14,434 nt of DNA from Fidelibacterota bacterium (GTDB lineage Bacteria; Fidelibacterota; Fidelibacteria; Fidelibacterales; DSDE01). This document shows, piece after piece, positions 6,886 to 14,434 of this stretch; position 1 is the first letter of the stretch, and every line of letters starts with the position of its first letter. The stretch is taken from assembly GCA_046735395.1 (NCBI GenBank), contig JBJKQR010000079.1, positions 1 through 14,434 on the forward strand, in the 5' to 3' direction. A program made the position numbers and the translations under genes. Below the pieces are notes generated by a model. It was not told the DNA's origin and ran no database searches. It saw nothing but the letters and a program-made list of their open reading frames with translations.

Positions 6886-8016
6886 TTATTTTGAATATCG
6901 AAGAATGGCTCCAATCGGTTCAAATTCCTTCATATCCACAGTGAGATACTCGATGTGTGCGCTGGTTTCGATGGCGGCATAGGCCAGGTCATCCGACACA
7001 TCCACGGTCCGGCTCATTTCATGCCGGCAATTGGGACAGGTACTTTCATCATCCTCCGTGATATAATCACACCACTTGCAGAGCCAGCCCTTTTTATGGA
7101 AATCGCTCTTGATCAGCAGCGTGTCCACCTGCCCCTGCACCAGAGCATGTTCCGTATGCTTCAATCCCAGCACGGCCTTCTGGTTGTCATGGAATTCCCG
7201 CATCATCTTTTCCAGAATGGACTTTTCGTAACGGGTTTTCGATAAATGATAATTTTCCTTAATTTTACGCACGATCTTTTCCAGTGCTTCATTTGCATCA
7301 ATCAGCACCTCGTCATAGATCATGGCCTGCAGTTCAGGCTGCAGATATTTCCTGAATTCGGAAACGGATTCCTTCCGGCCTCCCAGCACCAGCCAGTTGA
7401 ATTTCCGCTCCGAATTAAGTTCACGAAGTTTGGCTGCAGTGATTTTATAGTGTGACAGGACAGCACTTTCTGCCTTGCGAAGATTCTTCCGTTCCTCATT
7501 TCCCTGAAATCCGGCGTCAAAGCGTTCATCCGGCAGGATATTCACCGTGCTCCACAATTCATCCACATAACCAAGGCGGATTTCCAGGATTTTTGCCTTT
7601 CCCTGGTCCACGAGCACAATTCCGAAATGCCGCGAATCACTCAATGACTGCAGAAGCGGCCGGATATAGGGCCGGTCCTGAATAACCAGCAGATTATCAA
7701 TGTGAATTCCCAGATGCAGCACTTTCCAGATATAGGCGTCATGGGACGATACGATCATCAGTGACCGTTTTTCCACCGTAAACTGATTACTGATATATTT
7801 GAGAATTCCGTCAATATCCTGACCAACGCTCTCCTTCTCCGCTTCGGACAGATTCTTGTAGAATGTCTTCTCCTTTTTCGTCTTGAATAGATTGTTGATG
7901 ACAGTTTCCGCATTTCGCAGCTTGTCTGTCGTGGACAGATCAAGATAAATGGTCGTGACAATACGGCCATTGGTTTTCAAAGACTGCAATGATTGAATCA
8001 GATTCAAAGCGTCCAT
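6886..8016 (-). CDS. Bacterial archaeo-eukaryotic release factor (baeRF)/eRF1-pelota-like protein with C-terminal Zn ribbon, 376 aa
   Basis: VTTIYLD; RPYIRPL; GIVLVDQGKAKI (RNase H-like core strand); WLVLGG; KAVLGL...ALVQGQVDTLLI; CKWC-x8-CPNC; terminal IGAILRY typical of eRF1 domain 3; AGGAGG RBS. Confidence 0.85.
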   Translation of the reverse strand: MDALNLIQSLQSLKTNGRIVTTIYLDLSTTDKLRNAETVINNLFKTKKEKTFYKNLSEAEKESVGQDIDGILKYISNQFTVEKRSLMIVSSHDAYIWKVLHLGIHIDNLLVIQDRPYIRPLLQSLSDSRHFGIVLVDQGKAKILEIRLGYVDELWSTVNILPDERFDAGFQGNEERKNLRKAESAVLSHYKITAAKLRELNSERKFNWLVLGGRKESVSEFRKYLQPELQAMIYDEVLIDANEALEKIVRKIKENYHLSKTRYEKSILEKMMREFHDNQKAVLGLKHTEHALVQGQVDTLLIKSDFHKKGWLCKWCDYITEDDESTCPNCRHEMSRTVDVSDDLAYAAIETSAHIEYLTVDMKEFEPIGAILRYSK

Positions 8017-8093
8017 CCTGTCCTCCTATTGATATTTTGTGATTTATCGAAAATGGTGTGCTACCATATGTCGATGCTTTATCTCCTGCATAT

Positions 8094-8123
8094 AGTATAA
8101 AGTAATTTCGTCGCGGATATCAA
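8094..8123 (-). promoter_or_regulatory. Possible sigma70 promoter for the baeRF gene
   Basis: Minus strand TTGATA (8123-8118), 18-nt spacer, TATACT (8099-8094), in the divergent intergenic region. Confidence 0.5.
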
Positions 8124-8260
8124 GATCAAACTGTAAAAGCCCGAGTCCCGGACTTCATTTTTTTAAGAAATTTTTCACAAGACATCATCCTGCTGCCGCA
8201 GCTCCATCCGTTTTTATCTGAAATCTTCGTTTGTCTCTCCCGGTTCTGCAACTTTGGGTC

Positions 8261-8289
8261 TTGGTGAAGGGAGAAATTGTTAATATATT
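8261..8289 (+). promoter_or_regulatory. Possible sigma70 promoter for the yjbQ-aro operon
   Basis: TTGGTG (8261-8266), 17-nt spacer, TATATT (8284-8289), about 30 nt before the yjbQ ATG. Confidence 0.45.
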
Positions 8290-8318
8290 CGGTGCCGGAA
8301 AACGATAAAAGGACAATC

Positions 8319-8741
8319 ATGAAATCGATCACAGAATATCTGACCTTCAATATACCCCGGCGCATGGATTTTCAGAATATCACCGGGACTGTGGAAGAAA
8401 TTGTTCGCAAATCCGGCATTCAGGAAGGCCTGTGCCTGGTCAACGCCATGCATATCACCGCGTCCGTCTTCATCAATGACGACGAACCCGGCCTTCATGA
8501 AGATTACAAACGCTGGCTGGAATGGCTGGCGCCCTTTGATGCGGATCCGGAACGCTATCACCACAATCGCGGCGGTGAGGATAACGGAGACGCCCACCAC
8601 AAGCGGCAGATCATGGGACGGGATGTTACGGTGGCCGTAACCCGCGGCCGGCTGGATCTGGGTCCCTGGGAACAGATATTTTACGGTGAATTCGACGGAC
8701 GCCGCCCCAAGCGGGTCCTGGTCAAAGTGATCGGAGAATAG
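8319..8741 (+). CDS. yjbQ: YjbQ/UPF0047 family protein (secondary thiamine-phosphate synthase family), 140 aa
   Basis: [52 protein letters not shown]. Start moved to the ATG at 8319 (AAGGA RBS). Confidence 0.93.
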   Translation: MKSITEYLTFNIPRRMDFQNITGTVEEIVRKSGIQEGLCLVNAMHITASVFINDDEPGLHEDYKRWLEWLAPFDADPERYHHNRGGEDNGDAHHKRQIMGRDVTVAVTRGRLDLGPWEQIFYGEFDGRRPKRVLVKVIGE

Positions 8742-8744
8742 AAC

Positions 8745-9947
8745 ATGGATCTGAAATTATCACGGAGAGCGCTCGCCGTCTCCCTCTCCCCCACGCTGGA
8801 AATTTTTGACCTGGCCAGCGAAAAGCGCAGTCAGGGTATCAGGCTGCACGATTTCGGAATCGGCGAACCCAGATTCGATACGCCCGCCGGCATTGCCCGC
8901 AAGGGAATTGAAGCCATAGAAACCCATCATACGCGCTATACAGCCAATGCAGGAACAGCAGAACTGCGGAGCGCTGTTGCAGAGTATCTGAACCGTCGCT
9001 GTGACAGTCACTACGAAGCCGGGCAGATTCTCATCAGCAACGGCGCCAAACAGAGTGTCTACAATGCAGTGGCCGCCCTCATTGATGAAGGTGATGAAGT
9101 CATCATACCTGCTCCGAGCTATCCCTCCTATGCAGAAATGATCAGACTCTGCGGCGGGACACCCGTTACCATTCCGCCGACAGAAGCCGGCCTGAAAATG
9201 AGCAGCGCGGATCTGGAAAAGGCTCTGAACAGCCGGACCCGGCTGCTCATCCTGAATCAGCCTTCAAATCCGGCCGGTGTCATCTATTCACGGAAGGAAC
9301 TGGAGGAATTTGACCGCATCCTGTCCCGGAGCAACTGCGCGGTCATCAGCGATGAAATTTATAATGAGATCACCGCGGCAGACGACGAATTCATTTCCGC
9401 TGCGGCCGTCATGAAAAAAACCGGAGACAGATTACTGCTGATCAATGGTGTCAGCAAGAGTTTTGCCATGACCGGATGGCGCATCGGTATCACGGCAGGA
9501 AGCCGCGAGCTCTGTGCGGCCATGAACCGCATTCAGAATCATGTGAGCGGACATGCGTCCAGTATCTCCCAGTACGCGGCCGTCGAAGCCTTCAGCCGGG
9601 GTGAAATATATTCCGCCGATATTCGCAAAGCCTTTCGCTCACGACGCGCGGCCTGCCGGGAAAAGCTGGCGGAAATCCCGGGACTGAGCTGGAATGAACC
9701 CCGTGGCGCTTTTTACTTCTTTCCGGATTTCCGGGCCTATATTCCGTCCCGGGCCGGCGCTATAAATATAGACAGCAGCCGGGATCTGGCCATGTATTTA
9801 CTGAACGAATATAATGTGGTAACCGTGCCCGGTGAGGCTTTTTCCATGCCGGGATTTCTCCGTGTTTCATTCACCGGAGACGAAAATTCCATCCGGGAAG
9901 GCCTGGATGTCATGGCCCATGCTCTTAAAGAATTGGAAAAAAAATGA
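8745..9947 (+). CDS. PLP-dependent class I (subgroup I-beta) aspartate/aromatic aminotransferase, 400 aa
   Basis: GIGEP.FDTP, TRYT..AG..ELR, SNGAKQ, NQPSNPAG, SDEIY, NGVSKSFAMTGWRIG (PLP lysine), GAFY, VPGEAF...LRVSF. Confidence 0.92.
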   Translation: MDLKLSRRALAVSLSPTLEIFDLASEKRSQGIRLHDFGIGEPRFDTPAGIARKGIEAIETHHTRYTANAGTAELRSAVAEYLNRRCDSHYEAGQILISNGAKQSVYNAVAALIDEGDEVIIPAPSYPSYAEMIRLCGGTPVTIPPTEAGLKMSSADLEKALNSRTRLLILNQPSNPAGVIYSRKELEEFDRILSRSNCAVISDEIYNEITAADDEFISAAAVMKKTGDRLLLINGVSKSFAMTGWRIGITAGSRELCAAMNRIQNHVSGHASSISQYAAVEAFSRGEIYSADIRKAFRSRRAACREKLAEIPGLSWNEPRGAFYFFPDFRAYIPSRAGAINIDSSRDLAMYLLNEYNVVTVPGEAFSMPGFLRVSFTGDENSIREGLDVMAHALKELEKK

Positions 9948-10234
9948 ACGAAAACACTGCAAAAATTCGGGAACTGCGGGAAGATATCGATGAAATTGAT
10001 GAAGAGATCGTGCGGCTGCTCGACCGGAGAATGGGCCTGGCCTTTGAGATCGGGCTGCTGAAGGCCCGGGAAAACATGGAAGTCTTCGCTGAGGAGCGGG
10101 AAAAACAGATCCGCAGGAAACTCGGTGAAGCGCAGACCCGGCATATCAGTACCGAGGAACTCTATCAACTGTTCGAAGCCATTATTTCGGTCGGACGTCA
10201 GCATGGCTACCGGGCCAAAAATATGAAAAGTTGA
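9944..10234 (+). CDS. Monofunctional AroQ-type (type II) chorismate mutase, 96 aa
   Basis: LREDIDEIDEEIVRLLDRR...IGLLK...ERE motif; ATGA overlap with the upstream gene; aro context. Confidence 0.92.
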   Translation: MNENTAKIRELREDIDEIDEEIVRLLDRRMGLAFEIGLLKARENMEVFAEEREKQIRRKLGEAQTRHISTEELYQLFEAIISVGRQHGYRAKNMKS

Positions 10235-10304
10235 AATTCGCCGCCTGACCCGCCATTTTCGGAATCACTGCAGAGCGGATTTTCAGCATTGATCCCGTTT
10301 CATA

Positions 10305-10333
10305 GCGACAAATCCACATGAATTTCATATATT
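10305..10333 (+). promoter_or_regulatory. Possible internal sigma70 promoter before DAHP synthase
   Basis: GCGACA (10305-10310), 17 nt, TATATT (10328-10333), in the only sizeable (154 nt) gap of the aro cluster. The -35 match is weak. Confidence 0.3.
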
Positions 10334-10388
10334 AGTTGTTTGAATTTCGGGACACCTGAGTGGAAACCCGTGAAAAAGTGAGGAAAAA

Positions 10389-11411
10389 ATGATTATAGTC
10401 TTACAGCCGGATATTCAGAAACAGGACCTTGACGAAATTCACAGTTTCCTGGAAACCCGGCATTTTCAGATTCATGAGAGCCAGGGAGAGAATCATCTGA
10501 TCCTGGGAATCATTGGTGACACAAGCCGTCTTGATGAAAAGGACGTGGAAGGCCTGGACGGCGTCTCATCCGTATTCAGAGTCAGTGAATCCTATAAATT
10601 ATGCTCCCGCACCTTCCACCCGGCAGATACGGTTATTACGGTTCGGGATATTCCTATCGGCGGACGGGAAATTGTGGTGATCGCCGGTCCCTGTTCCGTG
10701 GAAAATGAGGAAATGGTCAATCTCCTCTCCGACAAGGTCAGTCAGGCCGGGGCTCACATCTACCGCGGAGGCACCTTCAAACCCCGTTCATCCCCCTACA
10801 CCTTTCAGGGCCTGGGTGAACTCGGCCTGGACCTGCTGGCAGCCGCCGCAGCCCGGCACAATATGCCCATCGTATCGGAAATCACCGATATGGACAGCAT
10901 TGATAAATTCATCGAAAGATCGGATATCCTTCAGGTGGGCGCCCGCAACATGTACAATTACAGCCTGCTGAAACAGCTGGCCAAGGTTCCCAAGCCCATC
11001 ATCCTGAAACGGGGTTTGTCCGCCACCATCGATGAATGGCTGAATTCGGCCGAATATCTGGTGAGCGGCGGAAATTCACAGGTTATTCTCTGTGAACGGG
11101 GCTTCCGAACCTATGAAAAATCAACCCGGTTCACACTGGATCTCAGCTCTATTCCGGTGATCAAGAAAAAAAGCCACCTCCCGATCATTGTGGACCCGAG
11201 CCATGCCATGGGCAACCGCAGCTATGTCGTGTCCATGAGCCGTGCAGCCATCGCCGCCGGTGCGGACGGCATCATGGTGGAAGTCCATCATGACCCGCAT
11301 AACGCGCTTTCCGACGGGCCCCAGTCGCTCTTTCCGGAACAGTTCGACCAGCTGATGGGTGAACTGAAAACCATTGCCAGAGCCATCGGCAGGGAGATGT
11401 ACCAGCGATGA
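10389..11411 (+). CDS. aroF: 3-deoxy-7-phosphoheptulonate (DAHP) synthase, type I-beta with N-terminal ferredoxin/ACT-like regulatory domain, 340 aa
   Basis: MIIVL...LGIIGD N-terminal domain; IAGPCSVE, GGTFKPRSSPY.FQGLG, QVGARNM, LKRG, CERG.RT, DPSH, EVH..P..ALSDG; GAGG RBS. Confidence 0.95.
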   Translation: MIIVLQPDIQKQDLDEIHSFLETRHFQIHESQGENHLILGIIGDTSRLDEKDVEGLDGVSSVFRVSESYKLCSRTFHPADTVITVRDIPIGGREIVVIAGPCSVENEEMVNLLSDKVSQAGAHIYRGGTFKPRSSPYTFQGLGELGLDLLAAAAARHNMPIVSEITDMDSIDKFIERSDILQVGARNMYNYSLLKQLAKVPKPIILKRGLSATIDEWLNSAEYLVSGGNSQVILCERGFRTYEKSTRFTLDLSSIPVIKKKSHLPIIVDPSHAMGNRSYVVSMSRAAIAAGADGIMVEVHHDPHNALSDGPQSLFPEQFDQLMGELKTIARAIGREMYQR

Positions 11412-12712
11412 AGACTGCTGCTGTCATCGGCTACGGCCGCTTCGGACGCCTCTGGGCAGAAATTCTGTCGAAAAAATTTCAGGTACGGGTTTACGACCTC
11501 AGTTTTTCCGCACCCTCGGAAAAGCACCTGCAGTTCACCACTCTGGAAAATGCGCTTCAATCCGATATCATATTCTTATGCATTCCCATTTCCCGGATGG
11601 AGGATTTTCTCCGGGAGAACCGGGAAATTTTTCGTTCTGACAGCATCGTAGTGGATACGGCATCGGTAAAGAGCCAGCCGCTTTCGTGGATGGACAGCCT
11701 GCTGCCGGGTACGCCTCATGCAGGAATCCACCCCCTCTTCGGGCCGGACAGCTATAAAAAGGGGCACGGACACCGTGTCATCCTCTGCCCGTCCGCCCAG
11801 TATCCGGAACTGGAAACAACGCTGCTGGACCTGCTGATCAAGCTGGGCATGGACGTCAAGGTTCTGGATGCGGACGAACATGACCGCGATATTTCAGAAA
11901 GTCAGGGCATGACCCATCTCATCGGAAATATTCTGGCGGAGATGAATATTGAAAGCAAGGAAACACCCACACTCGGATTCACACTGCTGAAGAGTGTGGA
12001 ACAATTCTGCAAGAATGACACCGGCCAGCTGTTTCAGGACATGCTCACCTTCAATCCGCATACCCGGGATATGATCAAGCATTTCAGCGGATCCTTCCAG
12101 GCCGTTCTGAAACGGGTGGAAAAGAATGCGCTGAGAGACATGAAGACTCCCGACATCGGCATCATGGGCGTGAAGGGTTCCTTCAGTCATGAAGCCTGCC
12201 TGCGCTGGCTGGGCCGAAAGGGACTCACGGACTATAAAATCCATTTTCTGGTCACGGCGGAGAATGTACTGACGGCTCTGGACACCGGACAGATCCGTTT
12301 CGGTTTTCTGGCGCTTCAGAATGCGGCCGGCGGTGTGGTATTCGAGACCATCGAAGGCCTGGCCCGCCACAGCCGGATTAATATTCAGGAATATTATCCC
12401 TTCGAGGTGGTGCAATGCCTCATGAAACATCCTGATTTTCAGGGCGATACGCCGTCATCCATCCATTCCCATCCCCAGGCCCTGAAACAATGCGCAAAGT
12501 ACCTGCACACCTTCTACGCATCCACCCTGCTCACCGAGGAAGACGACACGGCGCTCTCCGCAAAACGGCTCAGTGAAGGCGATCTCCCTCAGGATTCCTT
12601 CGTCATCGCGCCGGAAGCCTGCGCAAAAATCTACGGTCTGCAGCTGGTCAAGCGCGGCATACAGGATCTTGATTATAATCCCACAGATTTCATCGTGATC
12701 GGAAAAGTCTGA
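11408..12712 (+). CDS. Fusion of prephenate/arogenate dehydrogenase (TyrA) and a prephenate/arogenate dehydratase catalytic domain without ACT, 434 aa
   Basis: N-terminal half: VIGYGRFG, DTASVK, HPLFGP, EHD...SQGMTH. C-terminal half from about residue 245: GVKGSFSHEA, LQNAAGGVV, SHPQALKQC, IQD..YNPTDFIVI, then the stop. Confidence 0.88.
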   Translation: MKTAAVIGYGRFGRLWAEILSKKFQVRVYDLSFSAPSEKHLQFTTLENALQSDIIFLCIPISRMEDFLRENREIFRSDSIVVDTASVKSQPLSWMDSLLPGTPHAGIHPLFGPDSYKKGHGHRVILCPSAQYPELETTLLDLLIKLGMDVKVLDADEHDRDISESQGMTHLIGNILAEMNIESKETPTLGFTLLKSVEQFCKNDTGQLFQDMLTFNPHTRDMIKHFSGSFQAVLKRVEKNALRDMKTPDIGIMGVKGSFSHEACLRWLGRKGLTDYKIHFLVTAENVLTALDTGQIRFGFLALQNAAGGVVFETIEGLARHSRINIQEYYPFEVVQCLMKHPDFQGDTPSSIHSHPQALKQCAKYLHTFYASTLLTEEDDTALSAKRLSEGDLPQDSFVIAPEACAKIYGLQLVKRGIQDLDYNPTDFIVIGKV

Positions 12713-12716
12713 CTGC

Positions 12717-14012
12717 ATGGACGCATATACCGTACATACCGCCCTGACTCCGCTCGAAGCAGAGCTGACCGTACCGGGCGACAAATCCATCTCTCACCGG
12801 GCCGTCATGTTTGCCGGACTTGTCCGGGGAATCAGTCATCTGAAGGGACTCAATGAAGGCAAGGATGTTCTGGCGACGCGTCAGATCTTTTCCGCCCTGG
12901 GAACCCGCTATGCCATGGAGGGTGACACGGCCATCGTCAGCAGCAACGGCCTGGACTCCTGGGACACGAAGGAAAATCACGTGTTTGACTGTATGAATTC
13001 CGGTACCACCACACGGCTGCTCACCGGCCTGTTTGCCGGTATTCCCGGATTCAGATGCACACTGGACGGCGATGACAGCCTGAGATCACGTCCCATGGAG
13101 CGCGTCATTGACCCTCTGGAAAAAATGGGAGCGGTCATCACATCTGAAAACGGCAAGCTTCCCCTGAAAATAAAAGGCCAGGCGCTGACCGGAATTGATT
13201 ATCAGCTTCCCGTCGCTTCGGCCCAGGTGAAAAGCGCTCTCATGCTGGCCTCACTCCGTGTCCGGGGCAAAACCCTCATCCGTGAAAAAAGCCTGACACG
13301 GGATCATACCGAACGCTTCTTTCATTCCCTGAAACTGCCGCTCTTCAGCAGCGGACTGATTCATAAAATTCTACCGCTGCGGCATATTCCCGGCGGATTT
13401 ACCATGACCATTCCCGGAGATCCGTCCTCGGCGGCCTTCTGGACAGCGGCCGCTCTCTGCATTCCCGGTTCACAGCTGCTCATTCGGAATATTTCACTGA
13501 ATCTGGGCCGAATCACGTTTCTGAAAGTACTGAAGCGGGCCGGCGCGCGGATTCGGATTTTCCCCGGGCCTTCCCAGGCTGATCCCATCGGGGACATTGA
13601 AGTTCAAAGTTCCCGTCTCAGGGCCCTTCGCGTCAACCGGGAGGAACGGGCCTCCGTCATTGATGAATACCCCATTCTGGCTCTCATCGCCAGTCAGGCT
13701 TCGGAAGACAGCGAATTTTTCGGTATCCGCGAACTGCGGTACAAGGAAAGCGACCGTATCAAGGCTATTATCAATACTCTGAATACACTCGGAGTGAATG
13801 CACAGGAATATCCGGCGGGTTTTTCCGTCCGCGGACGGAGTACCATCCGCGGCGGCAGCATCGATACCCACGACGACCATCGCATCGCCATGACAGCCGC
13901 CATCGCCGGACTTATTTCCGAAAATCCCGTCGAAATCAGGAATCCCGATGTCGCGACGGTTTCCTATCCCGGTTTTTATGACACTCTGGAACGCATCGGA
14001 GCCGGCAAATGA
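12717..14012 (+). CDS. aroA: 3-phosphoshikimate 1-carboxyvinyltransferase (EPSP synthase, class II-like), 431 aa
   Basis: PGDKSISHR, NSGTT.RL, GD.SL..RPM, SAQVKS, RDHTE, IDEYP, ELRYKESDRI, DHRIAM, SYPGF. Confidence 0.97.
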   Translation: MDAYTVHTALTPLEAELTVPGDKSISHRAVMFAGLVRGISHLKGLNEGKDVLATRQIFSALGTRYAMEGDTAIVSSNGLDSWDTKENHVFDCMNSGTTTRLLTGLFAGIPGFRCTLDGDDSLRSRPMERVIDPLEKMGAVITSENGKLPLKIKGQALTGIDYQLPVASAQVKSALMLASLRVRGKTLIREKSLTRDHTERFFHSLKLPLFSSGLIHKILPLRHIPGGFTMTIPGDPSSAAFWTAAALCIPGSQLLIRNISLNLGRITFLKVLKRAGARIRIFPGPSQADPIGDIEVQSSRLRALRVNREERASVIDEYPILALIASQASEDSEFFGIRELRYKESDRIKAIINTLNTLGVNAQEYPAGFSVRGRSTIRGGSIDTHDDHRIAMTAAIAGLISENPVEIRNPDVATVSYPGFYDTLERIGAGK

Positions 14013-14434
14013 AGAAACTGGGAATATTGGGCCGACAGATATCCTATTCCATGAGCCCTCTCATTCAGCGGGAAATCGCCAGGTTGAAAAGTCTTGATCT
14101 CGAATACGGGATTTATGACTGCGACACCTTCGCGGATGCAGAACACCACGCCCGCTCTCTGGATGGCTTCAATATCACCATGCCCTATAAGAAGGATATT
14201 ATCCGGATTCTGGATGAGCAGGATGAGGATGTAAGCAGGGCCGGCGCCTGTAATACCGTTGTCCGTGACAAGGGCCGCCTCTGCGGATACAACACCGATA
14301 TCAGCGGCTTCCGGCGGGCATTCACCGAATCCATTCCCGACTACCGGGATGCGACTGTTGTGGTTCTGGGAACGGGCGGAGCAGCCCGTGCCGTTGTGTC
14401 AGCAATGGCCTCCCTCACTGCAAATCCCCTGTTT
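14009..14434 (+). CDS. aroE: Shikimate dehydrogenase, partial (runs off the right edge)
   Basis: Not in the ORF track; ATGA overlap with aroA. Hand translation: MKKLGILGRQISYSMSPLIQ...GFNITMPYK...GACNTV...GYNTDISGF...VLGTGGAARAV. Confidence 0.95.
   Translation, partial: MKKLGILGRQISYSMSPLIQREIARLKSLDLEYGIYDCDTFADAEHHARSLDGFNITMPYKKDIIRILDEQDEDVSRAGACNTVVRDKGRLCGYNTDISGFRRAFTESIPDYRDATVVVLGTGGAARAVVSAMASLTANPLF

Noticed and set aside
8044..8091. Short minus-strand uORF (MQEIKHRHMVAHHFR) upstream of the baeRF gene
   Set aside because: Its ATG lies 2 nt from the predicted -10, upstream of the likely TSS, and the internal ATG has poor RBS spacing.
13490..13520. aroA NLGR in place of the class II NPTR motif
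   Set aside because: All other catalytic motifs are intact; likely ordinary divergence.

Overview
Bacterial DNA from a likely diderm (lipoproteins plus a predicted outer-membrane barrel), densely coding, in two divergent blocks. The left block is on the minus strand (about 6800 to <1). It is a tightly coupled operon behind a near-consensus sigma70 promoter. In order it encodes a lipoprotein with Sm-like and FxLYD/Ig-like domains, two CpoB/YbgF-like coiled-coil+TPR envelope proteins, a YjbH-like beta-barrel fused to a coiled coil and TPRs, a flagellar-type MotA/MotB stator pair with Na+-type (PomAB/MotPS) signatures, and a gene missing from the ORF track (1278 to <1). That gene encodes a signal peptide followed directly by the ring-building RBM3 domain of the MS-ring protein FliF, a long coiled coil and the start of a TM helix. 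No other flagellar gene is in the window, so this looks like a repurposed trans-envelope ion-driven motor rather than a normal flagellar locus; this is the main finding. Upstream, also on the minus strand, is a bacterial eRF1/pelota-like (baeRF) gene with a Zn ribbon. The right block is on the plus strand (8319 to >14434): yjbQ, a class I aminotransferase, chorismate mutase, DAHP synthase, an unusual TyrA-dehydratase fusion lacking an ACT domain, aroA and a partial aroE. No RNA genes, mobile elements or CRISPR arrays were recognised. All family calls are by-eye motif recognition; no searches were run.
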